The notes below the pieces were generated by a model. That model had not been told where the DNA came from and ran no database searches. It saw nothing but the letters and a program-made list of their open reading frames with translations. A stretch of DNA of 61,658 nt, filler included, from Hausera hauseri (lineage: Eukaryota): NCBI GenBank assembly GCA_046269625.1. It is 11 parts of 11 records of this genome, joined end to end, with 100 filler letters (N's around TTAATTAATTAA, not from the genome) between each part and the next. Parts side by side here need not be neighbours in the genome. Positions count along the whole stretch, not along the records: positions 13,379 to 19,246 come from JBJURY010177416.1; positions 19,347 to 27,703 come from JBJURY010673217.1; 9 more parts are not named here. One strand, 5' to 3'. Positions 13,720 through 25,720 of this stretch are shown one piece after another. The position numbers and the translations under genes are program-made. Position 1 is the first letter of the stretch, and every line of letters starts with the position of its first letter.

Positions 13720-16249
13720 TTAAGGCAGTACGCGACATCGTATCGTTATGGTGTCATTTGTGATAGCTCCAGGAATGGACTTAATCTGATCGTACGTCAT
13801 GCAGTAAACAAATCCGTCTCCATTGAAATTCATTTTCTCCATCGGCCTGTTATAAGCCGCAATTCGATCGGTGGGATTGTGCCGCAGTGAAGCCGTAGCG
13901 GCACAAACAGAACGCGACACAACAGCCAGTGAAGACTGCTGATCGATAATGTCAATCAGAACTGTCCTCTGCATTGGCCACGTCAATTGATCGTCATTAG
14001 CAGTGCGGAGAAATTGAAATATCAAATTCAAACCAGCCGAATGCAGCCAGAAGAACAGACGCATTTTGTATCCTGTTTGTCCATCACTGAAAAACGGCTG
14101 ACTGTGTTCCCATTTAGCATACTTGTATTTCATACTGATCAATTCGATCTGCCATATAAAATCATTCGGTTCCGAATTGCTCGTTACGTTGCCGCTATGC
14201 GTAGATTCGTTTGATTGACTAATTTGATCGATTTCAGTTATTTGCTTTGTGAACTCGTCATTGTCATTATTTGAACCGGTTCCGTTCGTTTCCTTTTGTT
14301 AATAAGCATTATTTCATTACCGTTGTTATTCTCTACCTGTTCTACATTTTCATCAACAACTTCTCCGAAATCCGTTTGCATTGCAACGATTATCTGTACG
14401 TTAACAATGAACCAAACACTTTGTCATTTAATCAACCTGTTCTTTCTCACAGACACTTATTTGCTGCTGTTGTTGACAAACTTCGTCAGTCTGTTTCAAT
14501 TCCTATCGTACCGAAAGGTTACGTCGAAAAAGTCGTAAAGTTGAATAAACCTGTTTCATTTCTAATTCACTTAATCTCTGTTTTAGCAGCTCTATTTCAT
14601 TCTATGTGCACCGTACAAATTGAAAACCGTATTCAACTAATTTTATCTCACTTGGATCGTTAACAAACTGGTTTTCAGTTCAACATTTTCTTCTAGTACT
14701 TTTTCAAACGTCGTCTGAAAATAACCGATACTCAACACTTTGTTTTGTATACGGTACTTCTCCATTAACCCTCCCCCCCCAGTCAAAAATGCACAGAATG
14801 ATGTCGTTGAGCCTGTTTTTTTTCTATCACAATTTTCTCTATTCGACCAGCCTACGAAAATTTCACCGAATATTCAGCCGACACAATTTCCACTATTGTA
14901 AGCCGAAAATCTCGTTTAGGTGGGGGATAATGAAGAAGTAACGAAATATAAATATTTTTTGACAATTTTGGGAGCTTGTGGAATAAAGAAATTTAACAAC
15001 TGTCAAATGAGCATTCTCTAATTCCGTTTCCAAATCGGCAGTTGGATTGTTTCGATGGAATCCTGAATTTGGATGACTTTATACTCGAAGGAGTTGACAC
15101 AAACTGACGAAGAAATTGACGTTGATATGAAACCATTTGAGGAACGAGCAAAGGCAAGAAAAGAAGACAAAGGGGTGTGGAAAAATCAGACTCTATGTTC
15201 AGTATCATAAAATCGAATACTTGGCTACGAAGCTCTTATAAAAATAGAAAATATTTCCGATGTTCCAAGAAAGGAAGCACATAGAAACAAACGTAAAACT
15301 ACTTTAAAACGTTGAAAAGTTCAATAATGTCACCGACTGAAAGTTTGGGGAGGGGAATAATGAAATAGTGCCGACGAAATGTATCATATACTGTAAAAAT
15401 ATTAGTTAAAGAAAAACGACTATTGCGTGTCATAGTAAACCAACAATCCATTCAAGTTCACCGCAAACTCATTTTCGACTTGACAACTATCAAAATTCCG
15501 CTAAGAACTTTTCCCTCCAACAATGATTTTAGCTTAATTAATTTCTATATAGTTCATTCAATAAAGAAACGAATAAACCTAAGTACAAAAAATATAAACT
15601 GTCATTGGTTATATAATCGCCATTATTATTAAATAACAATTAATAACCCGTTGTGAATTCATCAATGCTACTTCACACTGAAAGACCTTCAGTGCAGCAG
15701 CAATATCATTTTTTGTGCACGATGATTCTTCCTGCAACAATTTCTACTCAGTTTCTAAACACATGATTAACTTACCATTTTCTTCTTCAATTGATTCTGC
15801 ATTTCAATCAATTTCACCGGGGAATTGTTGCATTCGTTAGATCTGTCTAACACTATTCCACCAAATCTTTTCATCGGAAAAACATTTTCCTTCGGCCCTT
15901 CAGAACAAATCTCTAAATGAGCAGGCAGCGTCCTGAGCGAACATTTGTACGAACAAGCCCCGTATGGACAATGCACCTCCAAATTCGTTACGTTGCGATT
16001 ACTAGCCGAATCCAATTGCATGTCGTACAGTTTCAATATGGTTTTTGCACATTCGTCTTTGTAACCCGGGCAAAACTGCCGACATTTTTTCACAAAATTT
16101 TTCACGCAACTGAAACAAAATTTGCAACCACATGGCGACGAATAAGAATTGTTCAGTACGTTTCTGCACAGGGTACATTGCAGTTTTTCAGGTACGTTGG
16201 AAAATTGCAAATTGTACAATGATAATAAATCAAAAAAGTTCATACTCAT
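13720..16249 (-). CDS. TRAF-family gene (RING + TRAF zinc finger, coiled coil, MATH), multi-exon; internal exon boundaries not resolved
   Basis: 15767-16249: CTLC...PCGCKFCFSC...CPG RING and HCPYGACSYKCSL...HLEIC finger, ending at a GTAAGT donor. ~14160-13720: NDFIWQI...SQPFFS..TGYKMRL...DDQLTWP...NDTITIRCRV MATH domain. E/K-rich segments lie between. Confidence 0.85.
14755..14940. mobile_element. Small MITE-like element in TRAF intron
   Basis: Left TACTTCTCCATTAACCCTCCCC versus reverse complement of right end TACTTCTTCATTATCCCCCACC; TA at both ends. A similar right end occurs at ~15345-15365. Confidence 0.45.
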
Positions 16250-16269
16250 GTCTAAAATCTAAAACAAAT

Positions 16270-16432
16270 TGTCACGCGATGAAATACAAATGAAACTTGA
16301 AAATGGAAATTGTTTAATATTTGCTTAAACACAGTAGTTCCGTTCATAATGAAAATATTACAATAATTTTGTTTTCATACCCTATTTACAATTTCTGGTT
16401 AGTAATGGTACTTATGGTACAACATTACGACA
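16270..16432 (-). repeat. Putative 3' LTR (163 bp) with upstream PPT (16433-16447)
   Basis: Minus strand TTTGGGGAGTAGAAA|TGTCGT ... ATTAAA ... GTGACA; TGTC/GACA termini; downstream of Gypsy integrase in the same orientation. Confidence 0.55.
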
Positions 16433-16598
16433 TTTCTACTCCCCAAACGGCACTCTTGCACGCGCCCATTGCGTCAAAAGAGGTGCTGCCTTCGTTGGGG
16501 CATCTCAAGAGATTTAGTGTTCTTTGTAGATCATTTTCTGTTTCCAAATATCTTGGTGATTTTTGGGGATTCGTTTCCAGGAGGAAGCTTGTGTTTGG

Positions 16599-16832
16599 TC
16601 AGATTTCCGAGACTATGTTGTTCTCTCCGTTCGGATAATACTTCAGTTGGGTGGCTTCGGCTTGACACACTTGACAAGTGGTCTTGCCATATTCTAGTAT
16701 CCATTGTTCTAAACAAGCGTGGCAATAATGGTTTCGACAGTCACAATTTGCTAATTTCACAGACTCTTGTTTCAGGTTCGTTTGACATACGGAACATCCC
16801 ATATCAGTCACAACTTTGATCCTTTCGAACAT
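16599..16832 (-). pseudogene. RING finger ORF remnant in the 3' region of a Gypsy element
   Basis: CSVC-x11-CDCRNHYCHAC-x12-CQVC with the RING-typical CLEQW. Upstream frame broken. Confidence 0.7.
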
Positions 16833-18059
16833 CAGGCTATCTTCTTTTGAGCAGGATCTATTGAACTCTTCTTTGGGTCGTATTTACTGCGACAAAAGTA
16901 CATTCAGTAGCACATTGTTTACCTGGGTCAGAGAATTCGCTGTTTTCTGATATCATTGATACTGCATCCTGAGCTGAACTTTTACATGTGTATTGAAGGT
17001 TAATGTTAATTGTTTGGTTCCGATTTTGGGATGAAATACAGGGCCAGATATTTTTCGATTTCTAAATTGTTCCTTGCATAGGCGTTTTTGTGCACCTCCC
17101 TTTTCGTGCGATTCCGATGTAAAATAGCACCGCTTTTATTTTATGGTGGCTGCAATATTTTGCCATCATTATCACATTTGGATAATTTTCTTTTCTTTAC
17201 AGTATCTTTTATCACCATTTTTCGATTGGTGTTCTTTTTTCCCTTCACAAGACGTTAACATCGGTCATTGTCTCTTTTTTACTTAGGGTTCTGGTGGCGC
17301 CTTTGTAATTTGTTTTGTAATTTTGAGGGTTTCGCTTATTTTTTCTATCGGATTTTTTTCTTCCGGTGAAATAGTCGAAGAGGGACTTCCGTTTCGTTTT
17401 TATTGGGGGTTTATTAATCTTCCATTTCTTTTGTTTTGATTTTTGTTGTACTTCTTCTATTTTCTTTCTTTTCTTTGGAACTACTAGTATTCCGAATTGT
17501 CGTTCTTCCGTTAGGCGACCCATCTAAATCTTTGAATTGAATCCATAGGTGGTGCTTGACCTATTTATTTCATTTTGAGCAGTTCTTGAGCTGTCAAATT
17601 ATTTCAATACCATCCTCGTGGGAATAGTGACTTAAAAATTGTTCCTCTTTGTGGGGTTAATAATTCGTAATGGGGAATAAATGCGGTAATTTCGTGGTGT
17701 TTATGGTTCTACGTTTCTGGGTTAGTTGTGTTTCAAAGGTTCCATCAGAAATATTGTCTTGGAACTCTCGAAAACATTGACCAATCATATTATGTTTGTA
17801 CGTTAAGTAATCAATGCTTTGTGTTGACTATTTCATACATAACACTGTTAAGACGTTTGCCATATTCGCCCAATGGTATGCAAAATTGACAGCAAACAAG
17901 AACAACGGTTCATACCTTCTATTACTTAATTACGAACTTTGAACGACCTTAATAAACAATTTCTATAGAACTCGCATTATATATTATATAAACAAAAACT
18001 GAAAAGTCAAACTTCCACTCCTAGTTTATTGCAAGAACTGGGAATGAAAATGATAACAA

Positions 18060-19246
18060 ATATTTATGAAATTCATCTTCCTGTTACCTATATCTTGGCT
18101 TTAACAAGATGTCGACCGGAAGAATAGGCTCTCTATCGAAGATCATCTCATACAGCGGGTACTGTCGGCTTCCATTCTCCATCAGTCTCACTACCATCAC
18201 ATCTTGATTTAAATATAGTTCCAATTAATGTCATACAGTGTGGTGTGCTGCCTCTCATTTATCCCGTTGGCCCCAGGGTTGTGATAGGATGTCTTTACGT
18301 GTTTGATGTTAAGCTCTTTTAGTGTCTCAATCATCGCCTTATTCACGAATTCTTTGTCATTATCTGTTACTACTACGTTTGGGCATCAATATCGAGATAT
18401 AAACGTTTCCAGCAGGATGTCTACGACGTTCTGTGCAGCTTTATCTGGTACCGCATACAACTCTGACTAGCAAAGCTAAATGTCTGCAAAATGCAGGATA
18501 TATTTGTTCCAGCTGCTGTTAATGAGTGCGGGTCTGGACAAATCTAAGCTAATCTTTTTCTATTGGGAAGCTTGCATAGTCAGGCTCTTGCATGGAGTGT
18601 CTTAGGATTTTCATGTTTCTTAGCTTGCACACTTCACAGCTCTTGACGTATTTCCGTATTTGTTTCAGCATGTTGCTCCAATTGTACTTTCGGGTGATCA
18701 TTTCCGTTGTTCGGTCTCTACAAAGACGGGCCAGTTTATCATGGTATTGCTGAATTATTATGTTTTTTATCTGGATCGGGACACACTGTTGTACCCCTTT
18801 CTTTCTTCCTCCACCAATTCTATACAACTCTTCATCTTCCAGTACAAATTTATTCCATTTCTTCATCTTTTCTTCTTTTCCAGACTTTAAATCTTCGATA
18901 ATGTCTCAGTTCTTCGTCTCTTTGCTGTACTTCTTTCGCATTGATCTTTTCTTTCATTTCGCTTTTATTGATATCTGTTTCTGTTTTATACAGTTTCTTA
19001 TCGCTGCAATTTGTACGGAAATTTGTAACGTATGATCATCAATTTCAGGCGTGCCCGCTTCCGTTCTCTCTTCTTGTTCTACGCTTTCGTTTGTCATGTC
19101 TAGAATTCTGGACACAAATCAGCCACTGTGTTTTCCGTACTTGGTATATATTCTATCTTCATATTGCAGCCCTGCAGGTTTAAAATCAACGGCTGGATTT
19201 TCTTTGGATATCTGTCTTGATTATGACCTTCAATGGCATGTCCGTT
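18060..19246 (-). mobile_element. Decayed Gypsy integrase region (family B)
   Basis: IIQQYHDKLARLCRDRTTEMITRKYNW...CEVC...PDYASFPIEK is homologous to the integrase at 57670-58605. Heavily frameshifted. Confidence 0.88.
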
Positions 19247-19582
19247 NNNNNNNNNNNNNNNNNNNNNNNNNNNNNNNNNNNNNNNNNNNNTTAATTAATT
19301 AANNNNNNNNNNNNNNNNNNNNNNNNNNNNNNNNNNNNNNNNNNNNAAAAGTGGGGTTTTTGCAAAGCTAGATAATTGCCTGCACACTTCACCATTAAGG
19401 AAAGTGTAGAATGACAATGAATGTCTGGGATCCTTCTGACCTACAAATAATGATGTTTTACAAGATTTATGTTGGTAATTTTAACATGTCCTCCAAATGT
19501 CATCACTATGATTATAGCTATAATGATTTTTCTTTCTATATTTTTCTACGTTTTGTCGGGTTTCTCTCTGTATCATTGCTAG

Positions 19583-20821
19583 TCTGGCATCTTTCTTCTT
19601 TTGTGCTTTGAGGGCTTGGTCTTGTTGGTTCCTCCAGGCATGGGTGGCAAATCTTCTCAGTTCTTTGATTCTGGGTTGATCATCCCAGCCCACAAATGAT
19701 CGTTTCAGTTCATTTGCAATAGGGGTTTGAAGTCCATCTAGGTAGGCTTGACCTAGAAAAGATTCAAACACTGTGATGGGTTCAACGTTCATCCAGTCTC
19801 CACCTGGGTCAGTGATACCAGAATGGGTTTTGAAAACCTCAAGGAGTCTAATCATGTAGTTAACTTGGATATTCATCTGGTTTCTGCTTGCAGAGGTGAA
19901 AACAGGTGTTGAAGAGTCAGAGCTGGAACCTGGTCTTTTGGCTGGAACAAAGGCGTATTTTCCATCAGGAGTGTCTGAGATCTGCAGGTCACCAAGGTCT
20001 TTTTTGACTTTGTCCAGATCAGCCTTGTCTAGGCCTCTCAGTCTTTCTCCTCTCTGCCACTGTGCAGTCATCAGGGAACCTGGTGAGAAGCCTGTAGAGA
20101 CGCTTGGAACCAGAGGCACAACAGGAATGGCATGAGCTCCCAGCAGTGGTGGGGACTGATGTGCTGGCTGTTGCACAGCTGGAGCTGGCTGCTGTTGTTG
20201 CTGGTTCGGGGGTTGTTGGTTCTGAAGCGGCGCAGAGACATAGTTGTCATCCATGGTTGGAGCAAACGGATTGAGCTGTCCTGGGTAAGGTGGAGGCAGG
20301 GGTGGATACAGACTCGGTGGGGCCGTTGGATGCAACGGTCCAGAACCAGAACCAGACGGTGTCGGTGCATGCGGAAAAAGAGAAATTGGATCAATAGTTG
20401 TGTCACACAATTTTTCAGTTTCCTCTGATTTTTCTTTTTCTTTATCCTCTTTCTTTTGATTTCTTTGTAACATTGTGATTGTTTTATTCTTCTCTTTTCC
20501 TGCCTGTTCAATAGCTTTTCTTTTCCAAAGATCAAAAACATCCGCCTGACTTTTCATTGCTACTAACATATCCCTAGATATGATGCTTCTTCTCATTAAT
20601 TCCTCCTGTTGCTGCATCAACTGCTCTTCCAATTGCCTTATTTGTTCCAAGTCCAGAGTGCCATTTTTTGGAAATCCAAATTTGTCATGCCATTGTGGGA
20701 TGTATTGCACTGCATATGAACCATAAATTCTAATCATCAAATCAACTTCCGGACCTATAGGTACATATTGTTTTTTATCTTTTTTATTTTTATCTTTCCC
20801 CTTAGCGAACGTTCCTCCCAT
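19583..20821 (-). CDS. gag: ERV gag N-terminal part (MA, late domains, partial CA)
   Basis: MGGTFAK myristoylation-type start; W..KFGFPKNGTL matrix motif; PTAP/LYPPL/PPPY; YMIRLLEVFKTHSG. Homology ends at QKKKDAR, and the ORF runs on into flank to 19481. Confidence 0.85.
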
Positions 20822-21367
20822 TTCTATTTTATTTTTTGATTTTATTTATTTTTCTGGTTCTCTTTTATTATGTTCCTTAAGTTATTTGATCAGAATAACT
20901 ATCTCGGTTATTATAAATAACCTACACTCGGCCACTAATTTGGTTGGCCTACCCTCAGCTTCTTAATTTAATTCAATTATTAAGATAGCCTACTTAGATT
21001 GTAAATTGAACAATCTAACTCGGTATTCTATTTTATCACTGATTTAATAGAATCCTACCTCGGACTGAAATCATTAAAAATGTTTTCAGACCTACACTCA
21101 GATTATTTTAAAAATAATCCTACTTGAGAACCTTTTTTCTTCAACATGAATATTTGTATTTTTTATTTATTTTTACCTTAATGATGTCAGAAGTTTGTTC
21201 TTTCCCTCAGTCAGCCTTTCTGTCTCGTTGTGGTTGATCCCTTCAGTGAACACCAGCAGAGTCCCCCTTCTCCTGACAGGCCTGTGGAGGTTGGAGGAGA
21301 ACAGCCGTCGGCTGAGCGGTGATCAGTCCTTCTCCTGGTGTCCTCTGAATGGATGTTCCAGCTAGAG

Positions 21368-21385
21368 ATCCTGTTCGTGACGCCA
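21368..21385 (-). promoter_or_regulatory. Primer-binding site, tRNA-Ser(CGA)
   Basis: TGGCGTCACGAACAGGAT, 3 nt after the LTR CA end; complementary to the vertebrate tRNA-Ser(CGA) 3' end ATCCTGTTCGTGACG-CCA as recalled. Confidence 0.85.
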
Positions 21386-21388
21386 AAT

Positions 21389-21979
21389 TGTCGGTTCAAA
21401 ATCATTAGTTGATTTTCAGTCAGGCTGCTGAGAGTCAAAATGTCAAAGAACAAACACTTTATTGAAACATTTTGCAAAATGGAGGAGCACACACAAACAA
21501 ATGTTAGTGGGTTTTCCTAACAAGAAAGAAGGATGCATCCTGTCTTATACACTTCTCCGACTGGAGGTGTGTCTTATGCAAATATTCTAAGTAGTTTCCA
21601 GTTTCTTAGATGTGATAGGCTAGCTAGTTTTTCACTCCTCCTACAACTTATCTAAATACCAAGTTTGTCCCTAAATTGACCTGTTGTTAAGACAAAGCTT
21701 AACTTTTGGTTCTCACTGAGGTGTGACAAAAGTAGATGTTTGCTGGTTTCTCTTTGATCTAACTCTGAGTCTCGTGGGACAGGATAGGGAAGGAGGTTCG
21801 CGTCCCCCACTTATCTATGAGGAGTCATAAAACAGCAGGATACCAAAGCATCTGGCTTCCCCTGTCCTGACAAGAGAAAACAATTGGCACGGCCTTCTGT
21901 GCCGTCCTTATACAAGTTAATTAGATGCTTGTGATGTCAGGAACGTCAGGGAGTGGAAAGAAGTGATTTTAATTCTACA
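21389..21979 (-). repeat. ERV LTR (591 bp)
   Basis: TGTAG...CGACA termini; preceded by PPT AAAAGGGAGGAAT; TATAAG at ~21544-21549; AATAAA at 21458-21463; followed by PBS. Confidence 0.92.
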
Positions 21980-22531
21980 ATTCCTCCCTTTTGTTCCTTA
22001 AGGAACAATCAAATAAAGAAATTAAAATCATTAAAGATAGAAAAAACAACGGACAACAAAATATTCTCAAAAATAGGGAGAGAATATCAATCCTTTGGTC
22101 AAGTACTTCATCTCTAAATGAGTCGCATCATAAGCTACAGATCAGATAAACAAGGTAACATCAGAAAATGATCTTCAGCTGGGTACCTGGTTGGGAACAT
22201 TTTCTTCACAAGCTCATTTATAGAAATAATGCTGTTTCTGCGGCAGATAGACACCTAAAAATGTGGCTAAATAAGAAAAGAAAAATAATTCTGCATAGAA
22301 CAAAAACAAAACATAACAGATGGGCTCCTAGTCGGTCTTCAAAGTTCATTCTTCAGGTCATTCTTGGTAATGACCTCACAGATTTGTCCAGTCGACCCAT
22401 GAACATCCTCTCCTGGGTGGATTTCTGCAGTTGCGTCTTCTGTCCATGGTCATCACGCCTTGGGATGGTTTCCCAGAGGGCCAGACGGTGGCAATTCCTA
22501 TTTTTTCAGGTAATTGCTTGGTGGAAACTCT

Positions 22532-25500
22532 TTAAAGGAGTTTCTTGCTGGGAGGTCCTTGGAGTCCTCCTTCTGGCTCTCCTTCCATAGTGGGTGGTGT
22601 TCCCAGGAACCTCTTGCAGTGGCTGGCGTGGATCCAAGTAGCTCTCTCAGCTACCTTTACAGCAGTCTGCGTCGTCAGGAGAACTTGGAAGGGCCCGGCC
22701 CAACGGGGAGAGTTCCAGTGCTTCCTTCTGAAATTTTTAAGAAAGACAAAGTCTCCAGGCTGGAGGTTATGTAATGGTTTGGTCGCAGGTGCTGGCTGTC
22801 CTCCTTGCGTCTGTGACCTAATGGATTTCAAAAGATCAGTTAGTCGTTTACAGTATTCAATCATGTTGTCATCACAGAGGCTGGTTTCTGTGATTCTGTC
22901 TGGAGGTCCAATTCCCAGGTTGGGTGGTGCTGCAAAAAGGATTTCAAAAGGACTCAAATAAATTTTTTGTCGGCGACGCATGCGCATGTACATCAGAGCT
23001 AATGGTAAGCCTTGTACCCAGTTCAAACCTGTCTCTTCACAAACCTTTGCTAATTTGTTTTTTAATGTCCCATTTTCTCTCTCTACTGCCCCTCCAGATT
23101 GTGGATGATAAGAACAATGAGTCACTAAATTGATATTAAGAGCTTTTGCTAGCCATGTCATTATTTCATTCACAAAATGGGTACCATTGTCACTAGATAT
23201 CTTTCTTGGCAGACCCCATCTGCTAATTACTTCTTTTAGCAGAATCTTAGCAACACTTTGTGCGTCTGCATGTCTCACAGGAAATGCTTCTGTCCATTTG
23301 GAGAACATGTCCACTATAACTAAACAGTGGTGTTTCCCTTCACATGGATTCATTGTGATAAAATCAATCATTAAATGCTGAAATGGAGCTTCAGTCTGTG
23401 GGTGAGCTCCTTGTCCTGTCATGTGTGTCCCTTGAGAAATGTTGTGCGCTGCACAAATAAGACAGTTTTCACAATATTTTTGTGCTGTTTTGGAAAAATT
23501 TTGTGTATACCAGTAGCAATCCATTGCTCTTATCATTCCTCCCTTTGACACATGGTCTTGACCGTGCGTCAGAACACAGAATGGACGGTGGAAATGAGCA
23601 GGGAGACAGGGATTCCCATTAGGCCCCATCCAAACAGAGTCAATGCATGTAGCTCCTGCACGTTTCCATGCAGATTTCTCAGCCTGTGGAGCAAACTTCT
23701 GCATGTCAGGCAGTGACAGACAGTTCAAATCTGTAGCTTCAGTCAAAGTGAGGTTGACAGAAAGAGGCCTCTGTGCAGCTTCCTTCGCTGCTGTATCAGC
23801 CTTTGCATTTCCGAGAGAAACGGAGTCAGAAGCACGTGTGTGTGCTGCACATTTCATCACTGCAATCTGAGCAGGAAGTGTTATAGCATCTAACAGCTGT
23901 GCGACAAGATGATGGTTCAAAATAGGAGTGCCATCACTCTTCAGAAAATTTCTTTGTTTCCACAAAGCCCCAAAATCATGAACAACACCAAAAGCATAAC
24001 GAGAATCTGTATAAATGTGGACAGATATCCCTTCAGCCAAGATGCAAGCTCTTGTGAGTGCAACCAATTCAGCGGCTTGAGCTGAGTAGCCAGGAAGTGG
24101 CTTAGCTTCAAGAACAGAGTCCGATGTAACAACAGCATAACCACTTAAAATGGTTCCTGTTTTAGGATCTCTGGAGGCAGAACCATCAACAAACAAAATG
24201 AGGTCAGCTTCAAAAGAGGGTGAGTCAGTCAGGTCAGGTCTAGGTGTGCATAAAACATTCAAATCAGCTAGACAGTCATATGGTTCTCCGTCATCTGGGG
24301 TTGGAAGCAACGTTGCTGGATTTAACACGGTGCACCGTTTGACAGTAATGTTTGGCATGTCCAATAATGTAGTATGGTACCTTAGCCATCTGGCTGTAGA
24401 CAGATGTGCTGTTTTCTGCTCATTTAAAATGAGAGTGACTGCGTGGGGAACTAAAACGGTCAGATCAGAATATCCCACTATGTCACGAGAAGCGGTCACA
24501 GCTGCATTTGCAGCTGCCACAGCTCTAAGACAGTGCGGCAATCCTGCTGCAACAGTGTCCAATTTAGAGGAGAAGAAAGCTACAGGTTTGAGCATATCTC
24601 CATGTTTTTGCAGTAAAACTGACGTCATGCAGTCTCCCCTGGCATCTACTGTCTGAACATAAGGTTTAGACGGATCCGGGATGCCCAATGTTGGAGTCTG
24701 TTGCAGCTGCTTTTTTAGATCAACAAAGGCCTTGTCAGCTTCTGGCGTCCAGGTGACAGGAGATGTCATCGTGAGGCCTTGAGCATGACAAACATCCAAA
24801 AGAGGACGAGAGATCTCAGCATAATTTGGAATAAAATGTCTACAATAACCACACAATCCCAAAAATGACATTAGTTGTTTCTTTGTGAGTGGTTTTGGCA
24901 GTGAGACAATAGCTTCAACTCTAGATGGAGCTATTGAGCGACCTTCGGCAATTATAACATGGCCAAGAAAAACAACTTTGTTTAGACAAAATTGTAATTT
25001 AGACTTGGAAGCCTTGTGGCCGTTTTCTGCAAGGAATTGGAGCAGTCTGACTGTTTCTGTCTGACATATTTCAGGAGTTGGAGCAGCAAGAAGCAAATCA
25101 TCAACATACTGTAGTAGAGCACAACTTGGTGGTAACTTGAAATTTTGCAAGTTATCACTAAGTGCTTGATTAAAAATCGATGGCGATTCGCAGTAGCCTT
25201 GACACAGCCTGGTAAATGTATATGAACGCCCTTTGAAATTGAATGCAAACCAAAATTGTGAGTCTAAATGTACTGGAACAGAAAAGAAAGCATTCGCTAA
25301 ATCTACAACAGAGAAACACCTTGAATTTGATGGTATTTGTTGCAGAATAGTGTAAGGATTTGGAACAAGAGGTGCTCTTGCATGAACTGCATCATTTACT
25401 GCTCTAAGATCTTGGACAAATCTCCATTCATCTGGAGGTTTGTCGCGGATCTTTTTTACTGGAAAAATCGGTGTTCTCACTGGTGAATCATAACATGGAA

Positions 25501-25714
25501 CAATTACTCCTGCTTGGAGTAAAGACTCAAAAACAGGTGTAATTCCCTGTTCAGCCTCAGGTTTGAGGGGGTATTGGGCAATTTTTGGCCTGTATGAGGA
25601 CTTTGGGGTGATGTGGACTGGTTCTTGACCTTTTATGAGTCCCACATCATATTTGGACTGAGCCCACAGATGTTCAGGGACTTCACTTAAATCAGGAAGT
25701 TCCTGTTGAGGCAT
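22532..25714 (-). CDS. pol: ERV pol: RT, RNase H, integrase (open, 1060 aa)
   Basis: WRFVQDLRAVN, LCQG, QYVDDLLL; FVDGS...SAQAAEL...YTDSRY...GNAKAD; HGQDH...CLIC, IDF...SDNG...VEREN; WAGPFQVLL. Confidence 0.97.
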   Translation of the reverse strand: MPQQELPDLSEVPEHLWAQSKYDVGLIKGQEPVHITPKSSYRPKIAQYPLKPEAEQGITPVFESLLQAGVIVPCYDSPVRTPIFPVKKIRDKPPDEWRFVQDLRAVNDAVHARAPLVPNPYTILQQIPSNSRCFSVVDLANAFFSVPVHLDSQFWFAFNFKGRSYTFTRLCQGYCESPSIFNQALSDNLQNFKLPPSCALLQYVDDLLLAAPTPEICQTETVRLLQFLAENGHKASKSKLQFCLNKVVFLGHVIIAEGRSIAPSRVEAIVSLPKPLTKKQLMSFLGLCGYCRHFIPNYAEISRPLLDVCHAQGLTMTSPVTWTPEADKAFVDLKKQLQQTPTLGIPDPSKPYVQTVDARGDCMTSVLLQKHGDMLKPVAFFSSKLDTVAAGLPHCLRAVAAANAAVTASRDIVGYSDLTVLVPHAVTLILNEQKTAHLSTARWLRYHTTLLDMPNITVKRCTVLNPATLLPTPDDGEPYDCLADLNVLCTPRPDLTDSPSFEADLILFVDGSASRDPKTGTILSGYAVVTSDSVLEAKPLPGYSAQAAELVALTRACILAEGISVHIYTDSRYAFGVVHDFGALWKQRNFLKSDGTPILNHHLVAQLLDAITLPAQIAVMKCAAHTRASDSVSLGNAKADTAAKEAAQRPLSVNLTLTEATDLNCLSLPDMQKFAPQAEKSAWKRAGATCIDSVWMGPNGNPCLPAHFHRPFCVLTHGQDHVSKGGMIRAMDCYWYTQNFSKTAQKYCENCLICAAHNISQGTHMTGQGAHPQTEAPFQHLMIDFITMNPCEGKHHCLVIVDMFSKWTEAFPVRHADAQSVAKILLKEVISRWGLPRKISSDNGTHFVNEIMTWLAKALNINLVTHCSYHPQSGGAVERENGTLKNKLAKVCEETGLNWVQGLPLALMYMRMRRRQKIYLSPFEILFAAPPNLGIGPPDRITETSLCDDNMIEYCKRLTDLLKSIRSQTQGGQPAPATKPLHNLQPGDFVFLKNFRRKHWNSPRWAGPFQVLLTTQTAVKVAERATWIHASHCKRFLGTPPTMEGEPEGGLQGPPSKKLL

Positions 25715-25720
25715 CTGTAG

